The position numbers and the translations under genes were made by a program. The notes beneath the pieces were generated by a model. It saw only the letters and a program-made list of their open reading frames with translations, made no database searches and was not told the origin of the DNA. From positions 17,029-81,028 of IMG/VR virus record IMGVR_UViG_3300011115_000708: DNA of 64,000 bases. One strand, written 5' to 3'. Of this stretch, positions 49,424-58,778 are shown piece by piece (position 1 is the first letter of the stretch; each line of letters starts with the position of its first letter). This DNA is from a virus.

Positions 49424-50143
49424 TTACGCCAACGCCGCACGCGTTGCCCGAGCTTTTTTTGTTCCGTGTGGATTGATCCAAATTGAGGGTTGCCGTTGCT
49501 TGGACAACCCCGAGCAAAGTTTGCACTGAGAGCATTCGAGATTGCGCGTTTCACTGAGGCACTCGAGCGACTCGGCAGGCTTTACGGGTGAGACGTGGAA
49601 CGTGCGGAACCCGAGTGCGGTTGCTAGTTTCAAGCTATTTTCCGTTTCCGTAGAAGCCATGAAGAACGCGCTATAGCCGTGTGCAAGTGGGTTAGTCCGC
49701 CAGTCATGAAAATAACCAGTCCAACCCGCGCTAACGCTTGCAATCGCTTTGACCATTGCCAAGGGCAAAAGCGTAGGGTTGCCGTATGCCCCAAAGCGGA
49801 TTTTCCGCCCCGAGAATGCAAGCGGGTAGTGGGCGGGGATGAGGTCAGTATACCCGCCCCGCTTGTACTTGACCCATATTTGACGCGGAGCTTGTCCAAC
49901 ATTGACATAGCACCCATTTCCCGCCGCAAACGGGCATTCTCGGCAGATTGTTGACGCGTCCAACCCACGCTTAACCGCGTCGACGGGATTGTGGTGCTCA
50001 AGCAAAAACCAAATTTGAACCATGTTCCCCGTTTTTTCATTTTTGGTCTTCATCGTTGCGATTGCGACATACGGCTCACCCGCGACTATGCCCCTATGCA
50101 AGACATACCCGCCCCGCTTTTTAAATTTGGGCGCGGCAATCAT
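49424..50143 (-). CDS. Cys-rich Gp88-like / radical-SAM-like phage protein
   Basis: CRECPF...CYV, IRFGAYGNP, TGY.H.W, MAS.E, CxxCxLC, HG. Confidence 0.6.
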   Translation of the reverse strand: MIAAPKFKKRGGYVLHRGIVAGEPYVAIATMKTKNEKTGNMVQIWFLLEHHNPVDAVKRGLDASTICRECPFAAGNGCYVNVGQAPRQIWVKYKRGGYTDLIPAHYPLAFSGRKIRFGAYGNPTLLPLAMVKAIASVSAGWTGYFHDWRTNPLAHGYSAFFMASTETENSLKLATALGFRTFHVSPVKPAESLECLSETRNLECSQCKLCSGLSKQRQPSIWINPHGTKKARATRAALA

Positions 50144-50289
50144 AGCGCGCCTCCGATCACAAGCAAGGTTGCTAAGCCGGTTGCCAAGGCTATCGTTTGC
50201 AAGGTGTATTGCACGCCTCGAGCAATTCCAAATATCGCGACCATGCCCAAAAGCAGGGTTGCTGTGATAATTATTAAGTCAATTTTCAT
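50140..50289 (-). CDS. Small membrane protein (49 aa)
   Basis: Two hydrophobic helices; ATGA coupling; not in ORF track. Confidence 0.5.
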   Translation of the reverse strand: MKIDLIIITATLLLGMVAIFGIARGVQYTLQTIALATGLATLLVIGGAL

Positions 50290-50294
50290 GAATT

Positions 50295-50552
50295 TTAATA
50301 GGTTGGAACTAAGCGAGACTCGACGGAGTGGAGTTTATCTAAATGACGGGAGAGAATGCGTGCCAACGCATTCACGGCGCGGTTATGCTCCAGTGTACCA
50401 GTCACATCTAAATCGACGATGACATGACAAGGAGTAATCTCAACGATGTGGATCGGGAATGCGCGACGCTTTATCCAGTTGCGGACTAACGGCAGCGCGG
50501 TGGGGACGTGCAACGGTTCCGTTTTTTCAGTAGTGAATTTGAATCGGTTCAT
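50295..50552 (-). CDS. Early hypothetical protein
   Basis: ATG after an A-rich leader. Confidence 0.45.
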   Translation of the reverse strand: MNRFKFTTEKTEPLHVPTALPLVRNWIKRRAFPIHIVEITPCHVIVDLDVTGTLEHNRAVNALARILSRHLDKLHSVESRLVPTY

Positions 50553-50737
50553 TTTTTTATAGGCGCGCCTTGTTTGCGGCGACGGGTGCAAGATGACATG
50601 CGGATTTTATCAGCGCAATCAAATTTTAGCTTTTCCGCATTTATTTTTGTTTGCGCTCAATTCCTAGGTTTTCCGCCATTTCCACAAATCTCCGGCCTAT
50701 GCAATCGGCCACCGGCAACGGTACGGTGCGCGGTGCT

Positions 50738-50789
50738 GGCAACCCTAGGCAACCGGCAACCGGCAACCGGCAACCGGCAACCGGCAACC
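50738..50789. repeat. Tandem GGCAACC repeat (6 tandem copies plus 1)
   Basis: Read directly. Confidence 0.9.
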
Positions 50790-51100
50790 GTATGCCAATT
50801 GCCAGGTCGCGAAATGCTATTCACTAGCTTGTGAAATTTCACAATTGACGCATTGCATGATCATTCATGAAATGACGCATCATCGTTCATGATCGTTCAT
50901 TACATTAGCCGAAAAAAATAAAAAAAATCCCCGAAAGCCTGGTGACCCCCCTGTAGTGGCATCTAAATTTTTGAAAAAAAAATCGCCATCCCCACTCACC
51001 TACTTGCACATGAGCAGCACATAAGCCGACCATGCTAGAGTAGGTGAGGTCGATCGGGAAAAATTACCGAATACGGGCGAAAAAAAATTTTTTTTTAGAA

Positions 51101-53338
51101 TCACTCTCCTATCTGAACATTGATCCAGTAGCGATTCGTTTTCTTCGTTCGATCCATGCCAGAGACGGTCACGCCGCTATTCGGTTGCTTCGATAGCTTG
51201 GCAAGTGCCGAGCCACAAGCACCAGACCATGTGAACAACTGACGCGCCTGGTCACGCACTGGTGAGTCGATCGCAAGCAACCTGGACTCGATCTCAAGTG
51301 CTGAGAACTCGCGGGGCAAGTCCATCCAGTTCGAGTTGATCATGAGATCCATGAGCCTGTTCGCTGGCGAGTGGACATCAAGTGATTCACTCAACTCTGG
51401 GTCACGCCACGCCTTGATTCCCGATCGCGAGTCCTTCAGATCATCTGGGATCTGCCAGTTGATCAACTCATTTGCGAAGTATGGCATCTCTGCTCGCAGG
51501 TCATCCTGCAACTGCTTACGACCATCTGAGGTTGACGTATCGATCGGCATTATGACCGGAGCACAATGCAAGATGATAATCTTGTCGCTAAGGTCGTTGT
51601 CGATCGGTGGGATGATCTGCATTGCCTCGGGTGTATCATTGCAGCAGACCATCACGCTCCACACTGGACGGCATGAGATCGCAGAGACGTTCCGCTTACG
51701 CATCTCGATGATGTGTGGGTACATCGCCTCCTTGAACGCAGCGCCAAAGTTGCGACGAGCGCGGATGTCGGTAGATCCAACGCAGTCATCGACCAAGAGT
51801 AACTCGGCCCCAACAAGGTTGTCGTTCCACATGATCCCACCACCCCATGCGGCGTGTGGGTTGGCAGTGCGCCCACCGAGCATCTGTGCGACGATCCAAG
51901 CGAGGAGTGACTTTCCAGAGTTTACTTCACCGGCAACTACTAGCATCGGTGCTGGGATATGCTGGTGCGATCGGACTGCTTGGTAGCGTGTTGATAGCCA
52001 TGAGATGAAGACGATGAGTGCCTGTGGATCTGGGAACGCCTGTATGATGATATCATCGATCAGTGACGTTTGACCAGCGACCGGCTGAGGGATGAGTGCC
52101 TCGGAGGTGATGAGGATCTGGCGACCATCGTGGTCACGCATGAGTCCGCGTTGATGCCCTGCCATCGCACCATACCACTCAACCGATCCATCGAGTTCAC
52201 GGTTGAGGATCGCCTCGGTCACCGCGTCCCGAAGATCCGCTGGCTTTCCAAACTGCGGAGCAAGGTGGCGAGTGAGTCCAGTGACGACCGGCGACCTCTT
52301 GCCATAGACCGTGTAATGGTTGTTATTCTTGACCAAGTACTTGCCGCTAGGGGTATCATAGAAAATGTCCTCAGCAGGAAATGTACGGCGATCTGCCGGA
52401 TCAGAAACTGGATCGATTGGCATCGCGATCGCGGTCGTGATACGATTTTCACGCTGTTCGCTGGCAGCCTTCTTCAGCGTCCTCGATGGTTTCCATCCGT
52501 TGTTCGACGCATGATGCCAGAGTGTGCCGATCGTAAACTTCTCAAGACGATCCTTGAACTTCTCGGCATACTCGCCTGGTCGATCCTCTGGCCAATGATT
52601 GACGAGGATTGCAGTTGCATCCTCACCGAAATGATTCCAAGCAGCGGAGCAGATCTCAAGCCAGATTGAGTAATCTTGCCGCGGGATTACCGAGATCATG
52701 TCCTTGAGATCATCAAGGGTAATGTCGATCGATGAGTCGTGTAGGATCATCGACTGCTCGTCCTTGACGATCGGTTGCATCTCCTTTGCCTCACCATCAC
52801 GCAACCATGCGGTCGGATCGTAGGACACGAAGCAAAGTCTGATCGGATCTTTACAGCTCTGGTCGATCGTGAGCGATAGCTTTGCGAAATACTCCTCAGC
52901 TGCGAGAAAGCACTCCTTGTGAGTCATTGGATCATCCTTAATGCGGATGATACCTTTAACGCCCTTGCCGGATGGTGAGGTAAATACCCCAACCGAGTGA
53001 GGATCGTTGATGATAATGTTCCGCATCTCCTCAATGCTCCATCCAATGTTGTCCTTTGCGTCCAGATCGATCTGTAGCAAGCCCGAGTGGGTGAAGCGAC
53101 CTTCGCTCGCAGCGTTCTTACGCTTGCCGGTCACAAAACCACTGAGCGAGACGCATGGTAATGCACGTTTGAGGTTCTCAGCCTCTAGTTTAAGGCCATC
53201 AGCAATGTGCTGTCGGATCGATAGGATGCGAGGTGCAAACTCATCCGAGCGAATTGCATCGAACAGGTCTGTTAGACTGACAGTAGCGGCAGCAGACCAT
53301 GCCTGGGCGTTGGTGTAATAGTCGATTTCTGGATTCAT
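51101..53338 (-). CDS. Primase-helicase (BT4734/VirE-N-like AEP, PriCT-2, SF3-like ATPase)
   Basis: K..LP, HSGLLQIDLD, SPSG.GVK, D.SCKD..RLCF.SYD; Y..WL.I; GEVNSGKS. Confidence 0.85.
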   Translation of the reverse strand: MNPEIDYYTNAQAWSAAATVSLTDLFDAIRSDEFAPRILSIRQHIADGLKLEAENLKRALPCVSLSGFVTGKRKNAASEGRFTHSGLLQIDLDAKDNIGWSIEEMRNIIINDPHSVGVFTSPSGKGVKGIIRIKDDPMTHKECFLAAEEYFAKLSLTIDQSCKDPIRLCFVSYDPTAWLRDGEAKEMQPIVKDEQSMILHDSSIDITLDDLKDMISVIPRQDYSIWLEICSAAWNHFGEDATAILVNHWPEDRPGEYAEKFKDRLEKFTIGTLWHHASNNGWKPSRTLKKAASEQRENRITTAIAMPIDPVSDPADRRTFPAEDIFYDTPSGKYLVKNNNHYTVYGKRSPVVTGLTRHLAPQFGKPADLRDAVTEAILNRELDGSVEWYGAMAGHQRGLMRDHDGRQILITSEALIPQPVAGQTSLIDDIIIQAFPDPQALIVFISWLSTRYQAVRSHQHIPAPMLVVAGEVNSGKSLLAWIVAQMLGGRTANPHAAWGGGIMWNDNLVGAELLLVDDCVGSTDIRARRNFGAAFKEAMYPHIIEMRKRNVSAISCRPVWSVMVCCNDTPEAMQIIPPIDNDLSDKIIILHCAPVIMPIDTSTSDGRKQLQDDLRAEMPYFANELINWQIPDDLKDSRSGIKAWRDPELSESLDVHSPANRLMDLMINSNWMDLPREFSALEIESRLLAIDSPVRDQARQLFTWSGACGSALAKLSKQPNSGVTVSGMDRTKKTNRYWINVQIGE

Positions 53339-53350
53339 GTTTTTACGTCA

Positions 53351-53441
53351 AAAAGAAGCCCCGCCACTTGTGATCCCCACTGGATTTTCTTCAGTGGCAA
53401 GTGACGAGGCAAAATGTATAAATTTGCTATGCAGGGATCAT
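53351..53441 (-). promoter_or_regulatory. Putative attenuator upstream of the primase
   Basis: Terminator-like stem with U-tract, competing TGATCCC/GGGATCA pairing and a 4-codon uORF. Confidence 0.45.
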
Positions 53442-53644
53442 TCTGCAACTTTGCGTTGGGCAAGGTTTCACCGAGAAACCAGAAAAACGTCTCCAGAGCA
53501 AGAAAAATCGTCAATTAGTCATGGAATCCATTGATTTTGCAACAGGATGCGAAAAAATCGCACCATAACGTATTTTTTTCTTGCGATCGTTGGAAATCGG
53601 ATCATTGTGCCTTCCGTGACCGAGAAACGGCACATAGAAACGAC

Positions 53645-53905
53645 ATGAAAAAGAGAAAATACTTCAAAATTCGCACCCGCGAGGATGACCCGAAAGTCAT
53701 CAAGCGGATTGATAACCACCATACCAGTTACACGTTCGAGCATCGGACTGTGACAGGTCAATACTACCGTGTGCATCCCAGCATCGCTGACCATGAGGCA
53801 CTCTGCATGATGCAACACCGAGTAGAGAAGTTCGCACCTGCTATTGGCAATGGTGTGATCATCCGAGCAGATGTTCTTAAAGCCCTTGACGCAGAACCGG
53901 TATGA
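53645..53905 (+). CDS. Hypothetical protein
   Basis: First gene of the divergent operon; ATGA coupled to the next gene. Confidence 0.55.
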   Translation: MKKRKYFKIRTREDDPKVIKRIDNHHTSYTFEHRTVTGQYYRVHPSIADHEALCMMQHRVEKFAPAIGNGVIIRADVLKALDAEPV

Positions 53906-54114
53906 TTGACGAAAAACGCAAGCTGGAACAACTCTACGACGAGTATGCTGATCGCCAGAAGCGAGCAGACCGCGAAGAGACGTTTTACGACATAGCGTAC
54001 ACGCTCTTCGTCGTAGCAGTTTTCATTGCATTGGCATTCATCTTCCGAGATGAGATCAAGGCAATAAAGAATCTCCCCACAACAACAACAACAACAACAA
54101 CAACACAACAATAA
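53902..54114 (+). CDS. Small membrane protein
   Basis: One hydrophobic helix. Confidence 0.5.
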   Translation: MIDEKRKLEQLYDEYADRQKRADREETFYDIAYTLFVVAVFIALAFIFRDEIKAIKNLPTTTTTTTTTQQ

Positions 54115-54122
54115 GTAAGCAT

Positions 54123-54848
54123 ATGATCCTTAAAGACAAACAAAGCAGCGAGTTCATCTCACACCCAGAAACCGACGGCATGGTGAAAGCCGTGATCGTC
54201 GATATTACACCTCTCAAAGAAGTGGATACACAATACGGAGTGAAGGAGGTATTCCAGATCGTATTTGAATCGGAGGTCGAGAATGACGAGGGCAAACGAT
54301 TTTGCGTCTGGTCACGCCGATTTACTCCTTCGCTTAGTGACCGTGCGAATCTTCGCAAAGAACTCAAGAAGATCATGGGCCGAGACTTCACCGCTCTCGA
54401 ACTAAAGGGATTCGACATCGAGGCACTCATCGGATTTGGAGTCAACCTCATTATCCAGCATGAGATCGGATCGAACGGCAACACCTACGCGGTGATCTCG
54501 TTCATCGCCCCAGACAAGTCTGGATCGACGCTGAAGGCATCCGGTGCGTATACCCGAGTTAAAGACCGCGAGGTTAAGGACTACGATAATCAGTCTAAGT
54601 CTGCTGCACCGGCAGCTAAGAAAGCAGCACCTGCTGCCAAGGCAGTTGGATGGCAGTCGGTGATCGTCCACGTTGGACGGTTTAAGGGTAAGGCACTCGG
54701 AGATATTCCAGAGGACGGTGTGATGGCATTGCTCGACCACTGGTTGCCAACTGCTGATGTTGCAAACGGCGACGACGCAGCACTTGCCAAGGCACTCAAG
54801 GAGTTGGCAGTCATCCTAGATCCAGGTACACAAGATCTCGGATTCTGA
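54123..54848 (+). CDS. Putative SSB (OB-fold) replication protein
   Basis: AVIVDI, RFTPSL...ANLRK.L....GRDF, FDIE.LIG, YA.I; acidic-aromatic C-terminus. Confidence 0.65.
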   Translation: MILKDKQSSEFISHPETDGMVKAVIVDITPLKEVDTQYGVKEVFQIVFESEVENDEGKRFCVWSRRFTPSLSDRANLRKELKKIMGRDFTALELKGFDIEALIGFGVNLIIQHEIGSNGNTYAVISFIAPDKSGSTLKASGAYTRVKDREVKDYDNQSKSAAPAAKKAAPAAKAVGWQSVIVHVGRFKGKALGDIPEDGVMALLDHWLPTADVANGDDAALAKALKELAVILDPGTQDLGF

Positions 54849-54915
54849 GCCATGAGTCGTCGGACTCTGTAAGCGATGACAGGCGGGAAAGACCGCCACT
54901 TTACTTCCCAAGAAC

Positions 54916-55296
54916 ATGACCATAGCAGAAAAGATCGCAATGATGAAGGGTGGCACACCACCATCGAAACTACTCTCAAAGCCTATGCTGGTATCCTCGT
55001 CGCCAGCACCGGAGAAAAAAAAGGTCGAGGAGATAGTGGACGAGCGCAGCTTGTCGCAGACGATGGGCGAAGGGATCGACCACACGCCAGTAAACCCACA
55101 GATCGGTCAGAACGAGTGGAACGAGGCACTGAACGCGTTCAAGAGCGAGATGTGCATCGTGAGCGACCCGAAAGACCCAGAGATGGCGTGGATCGGCTTG
55201 CGGCTCAATGGCAAGGAGGAGAGACCGCTCCTGCTGTACCAACTGCCATACTGGGAGCATCCGCTGACGGTTCGCCCAAGCAACCAACCGTTCTAA
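54916..55296 (+). CDS. Hypothetical protein
   Basis: ATG with A-rich leader; ends in QPF. Confidence 0.5.
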   Translation: MTIAEKIAMMKGGTPPSKLLSKPMLVSSSPAPEKKKVEEIVDERSLSQTMGEGIDHTPVNPQIGQNEWNEALNAFKSEMCIVSDPKDPEMAWIGLRLNGKEERPLLLYQLPYWEHPLTVRPSNQPF

Positions 55297-55449
55297 CCAT
55301 CACTGATCGACTCAAAGCATTGGCGCAGCGAGCAAGGAGTAAATGTCCAGACGAATGCTGCCAGACATGCTACAACAAACACTGCCGAGTACTACTAAAA
55401 ACCTGTTGCGTCTGCACAGGTGACATCAACCTAAAACAACGATAAATCT

Positions 55450-56151
55450 ATGAACACAGAAACCATGATACTGACAGGTGAGGGCTACGCTCTCACGATC
55501 ACCCCAGAAGCTGAGATCCAAAAGACTGCGCTGCTCGACGTTGCTCGCGCAGTCCAGAACGTTCGCTCCAACGACGAGTCCGCTGACGCAGCATTCCATA
55601 TGCGCTCGTTGGCACAGATGCGGATCGCGGTCGATAAGAGCCGCAAGGAGATCAAGGAGCCGGTGCTGCGGATTGGCAAACTCATCGACCAGACTGCCAA
55701 GAACTTCTTGGCTGAGATCGAGGACGAGGAGGAACGCATCCGAGGACTGATCGGGGATCATGCTGCCGAGATGCTTCGACTCAAGAAAGAAGCCGAGGAG
55801 AAAGAACGCCTTGCATTTGAGGCTGAGATGACCGCTAGGGCGATTGCAGAGTCCGGTGGGATTGCTGCTGTCATCGAGGCTAGAGACGCGCTACAGGACA
55901 AATTGAAGGCATCTGAGGAGGTTGCCAGCACCAATGTCGCCCAAGGAGTTCGGTTCGTCTGGGATTTCGAGGTCACCTCGGTCGAAGACTTGATGCGGTT
56001 TGCTCCAGACCTAGTGAAGGTCGAGCCAAAGCGCAGAGAGATCATTGCATGGCTCAAGGGACTTGAGGAGAACGAAGACCGCGATGCTGCCGCAATCGCA
56101 TCCCAAGTTGGAATTGTGGCGTACAAAATCCCAAGTATCTCAACACGATGA
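55450..56151 (+). CDS. Coiled-coil phage protein
   Basis: RKEIKEP....K.ID and VR.VWDFEV motifs. Confidence 0.65.
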   Translation: MNTETMILTGEGYALTITPEAEIQKTALLDVARAVQNVRSNDESADAAFHMRSLAQMRIAVDKSRKEIKEPVLRIGKLIDQTAKNFLAEIEDEEERIRGLIGDHAAEMLRLKKEAEEKERLAFEAEMTARAIAESGGIAAVIEARDALQDKLKASEEVASTNVAQGVRFVWDFEVTSVEDLMRFAPDLVKVEPKRREIIAWLKGLEENEDRDAAAIASQVGIVAYKIPSISTR

Positions 56152-56477
56152 ATACAGAAACAATCAAGATGGATAAGCCAATGAAATTCCCACAACGCTG
56201 GTATTTGATCTTCGTTCGCCCACCAGGATCGAAAGTCTGGACTCAGCACCAGAAAAAGGTTGACGGTGGTCATTGGATTCCATGGACTCACAGCAATCCG
56301 CTGAAAGTAGCGGATGAGGCAAACATGATCTTTATGAGTACCGGTTGGTCAGTGAACGTCATCGACATCGACCACGAGGTTGAAGTCCATGACGAGCAGA
56401 CACTGCACTTCTCAGAGGAGACGTATGAGCAAATCGTAATGATGGATAACGCAAAACTAAACGCATGGATACACTGA
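56148..56477 (+). CDS. Hypothetical protein
   Basis: ATGA coupling. Confidence 0.55.
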   Translation: MNTETIKMDKPMKFPQRWYLIFVRPPGSKVWTQHQKKVDGGHWIPWTHSNPLKVADEANMIFMSTGWSVNVIDIDHEVEVHDEQTLHFSEETYEQIVMMDNAKLNAWIH

Positions 56478-56620
56478 GCATAATTGGAAGAGATCCGATC
56501 CTTACTTACAAGATCACCCAGTTGATCGGCAAACGAGCAGAACGCGCTAGAGTACGCCAACAGCGTATCGATGCTATTCTATCACCACTAGCAACCATCA
56601 AACGCATCCTTGGACTATGA
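56465..56620 (+). CDS. Hypothetical protein (51 aa)
   Basis: Its stop overlaps the ATG that begins repeat copy 2; not in ORF track. Confidence 0.45.
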   Translation: MDTLSIIGRDPILTYKITQLIGKRAERARVRQQRIDAILSPLATIKRILGL

Positions 56621-56771
56621 AACACCCATGCTCACTTTGCGGATCAACGAATTGGCCCGATCCAGAATCACTTTGTCCGTTATGCGATGGGCCTGCCGAA
56701 CCTGGCCCAGATCCAGATGAGGACTGCCCAGACCACGACTCGCATGACGAAACTATTTATCAAGAAAATAT

Positions 56772-57083
56772 ATGAGTGATACACCAGAAACAGATAATCA
56801 ATCATTCGTTGCAGAACATAACCTCGGTAAAGAACTATGCGTCGAGGCGTGGTTTTGTGAAATCATGGAACGCGAACGAGATGCGTGGAAATTGAACTCT
56901 CAATCAAATCGTGATGAATATCATAGATTGATGATTGAAGTAGATGATCAGAATTTTCTAATTAAGAACATCATCAAATTACTGGAAATACCGGAGAATC
57001 TATCTAAGGCAGAACATGGTGCTAAAATACATAGAACCATCAAAGAACTGCTTGAGATAAAAAAATACTGCAAAGTACCCTAA
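56772..57083 (+). CDS. Hypothetical protein, MSDTPETD family (duplicate)
   Basis: Identical to 21263-21574. Confidence 0.65.
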   Translation: MSDTPETDNQSFVAEHNLGKELCVEAWFCEIMERERDAWKLNSQSNRDEYHRLMIEVDDQNFLIKNIIKLLEIPENLSKAEHGAKIHRTIKELLEIKKYCKVP

Positions 57084-57089
57084 CACAAC

Positions 57090-57164
57090 CAGCGATGGAC
57101 TTGATCGAAGTCGCCTCGACCGATAAACGAGGAAACGCAGGTAGAGAATCCTGCTCGCTGACCA
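57090..57164 (+). ncRNA. tRNA-like cloverleaf (duplicate)
   Basis: Identical to 21581-21655. Confidence 0.55.
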
Positions 57165-57198
57165 CTTTTATGAGAGAACAAAACAACGACGACGAACC

Positions 57199-57561
57199 AT
57201 GAACAATCCACCAATGACCGAACCCGAAGCGAGAACCGTGGCACTCCTTCGGATGCACTTTGGCTGCACTTTCGGAAAACTCGCTATGTGCTGCCAAGCA
57301 TTATGGGATGCTAACCGCTGTGAGGAAATTACTGGATACCGATATGGCTCCCCAATGGGGCAAGCTATGGTAATCGCAATGGAAGATCACTTCCAGCTAG
57401 AACGCTGCGAGTCTGACAACATGAGCATGGGCGAGCAACGATGCGCAACTTGCGGACTGTCTCAGGTGGCAATTAGCCGATCGCACGATACGCCCAAGCA
57501 ATGCGGGTTCTGCGGAGAGTTTGCTTCGATGTGGAATTCTATCAATCCGAACGAACCATGA
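57199..57561 (+). CDS. Hypothetical Zn-ribbon protein (duplicate)
   Basis: Identical to 21690-22052. Confidence 0.6.
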   Translation: MNNPPMTEPEARTVALLRMHFGCTFGKLAMCCQALWDANRCEEITGYRYGSPMGQAMVIAMEDHFQLERCESDNMSMGEQRCATCGLSQVAISRSHDTPKQCGFCGEFASMWNSINPNEP

Positions 57562-57884
57562 ACATTATCCTAAATAAAGAACAGGAAGACAGCATTGTTA
57601 TAAGCTATCAAGAAGCTATTACTGCTGCAATTAAAGCTGCAGTAGATAAAGAACTTAGCTCAATTAGGAATGATTGGAAAATTCATGATCAAGTTCAACA
57701 ATTTGTGCGAAAACAGTTTGGAGAAATGTTGAACTCAATTATTGCTGAAAAGCTAATAGAACGAGAGTTAGTTGAAGAACTGGTTAAAGAAAAACTAGCA
57801 TCCTCAATTAAAAGTCGTCTTACCAAACAACTAAATGCTTTGTCAAAAGCAGAAATAGCAATTGAACACGAAGGAGATTTATGA
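57558..57884 (+). CDS. Hypothetical protein (duplicate)
   Basis: Identical to 22049-22375. Confidence 0.6.
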   Translation: MNIILNKEQEDSIVISYQEAITAAIKAAVDKELSSIRNDWKIHDQVQQFVRKQFGEMLNSIIAEKLIERELVEELVKEKLASSIKSRLTKQLNALSKAEIAIEHEGDL

Positions 57885-58147
57885 ATAAAGAAAACGCACA
57901 TTTATACCTACCGCTTGTGCAAGCACTGGCAGAAGGGAAAACGATTCAATTCAATCAAGGCGACGCATGGATAGACGCTGCAACTAATGCTGATTTCAAG
58001 TGGTTGGACAGTCCTGACAATTACCGCGTGAAGCCAGAACCGCGCACATGGAGTTTCTGGTTAGATAAAAAAGGAAATTTGTGGCATTACCACATAACTC
58101 CACTTGCTGATTGGAAACGCATCACCGTGCAGGAGGTGCTGGAATGA
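57881..58147 (+). CDS. Hypothetical protein (duplicate)
   Basis: Identical to 22372-22638. Confidence 0.7.
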   Translation: MNKENAHLYLPLVQALAEGKTIQFNQGDAWIDAATNADFKWLDSPDNYRVKPEPRTWSFWLDKKGNLWHYHITPLADWKRITVQEVLE

Positions 58148-58344
58148 GCGACACGCCAGAAACAGATGCGGCAGAAATCGTTCTTTCTCCATTAGAAGGC
58201 GATCAGTGGGTTCGAGCTGACGTTGCCCGTAGGCTAGAACGCGAGCGTAATATAGCTTTTGCTGACATCAATTTGCTTTGCGACAAAGTATTGGAATTGA
58301 ATACACTGCTGCAAGCACATGGAATTATCGAACACGAAAACTAA
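58144..58344 (+). CDS. Hypothetical protein, MSDTPETD family (duplicate)
   Basis: Identical to 22635-22835. Confidence 0.65.
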   Translation: MSDTPETDAAEIVLSPLEGDQWVRADVARRLERERNIAFADINLLCDKVLELNTLLQAHGIIEHEN

Positions 58345-58345
58345 A

Positions 58346-58738
58346 ATGACTGACAAACAAATAAACCAACGGATCGCGGAAGCGTGTGGGTGGAAATTGA
58401 AATCAAATGGATTAAATCCCATGTGGTCTTGGCAAAATGAATCTCTAACTCACAGAATAAAGTGGGTAGCTAACAAAGAAATGGCTTCTCAAGGAGTATT
58501 GCCAAACTATGTAAACGACCTAAACGCCATGCACGAAGTTCAGAAGGTGCTAACAAATACTCAATGGGGAGTTTATGTTAATTACCTAACTGCTACCACA
58601 AAACATGATTACAGACGAGCGTGTGCTGAGGCATCCGCTCGCCAGAAAGCAGAAGCATTTCTAAAGACATTTGGAGAATGGGAGGAGGAAGCAGAAGAAT
58701 GTTTACAAGACTTCCTCGATTCTTTCAGCATTTGCTGA
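58346..58738 (+). CDS. Phage protein (ABA-sandwich-like), variant C-terminus
   Basis: Identical to the 22837 gene up to 58644, then diverged. Confidence 0.6.
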   Translation: MTDKQINQRIAEACGWKLKSNGLNPMWSWQNESLTHRIKWVANKEMASQGVLPNYVNDLNAMHEVQKVLTNTQWGVYVNYLTATTKHDYRRACAEASARQKAEAFLKTFGEWEEEAEECLQDFLDSFSIC

Positions 58739-58778
58739 AATCGACAAAATCTACAGAACACAAAACGATGGAAACTAA

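Larger units (their letters stand above)
21108..56616. mobile_element. Phage B (siphovirus with Mu-like head), apparently complete 35,509-bp circular genome bounded by the 2-kb direct repeat
   Basis: Contains its own TerS/TerL, portal, protease, capsid, tail, lysis, primase, helicase and SSB; flanked by exact repeats. Confidence 0.8.
56617..58644. repeat. 2,028-bp direct repeat, copy 2
   Basis: Identical to 21108-23135. Confidence 0.95.

Noticed and set aside
54876-55445. 189-aa ORF overlapping 54916-55296
   Set aside because: Arg-rich shadow-frame composition and starts inside a hairpin; its Cys-rich 3' end could be a separate tiny gene but this is unsupported.
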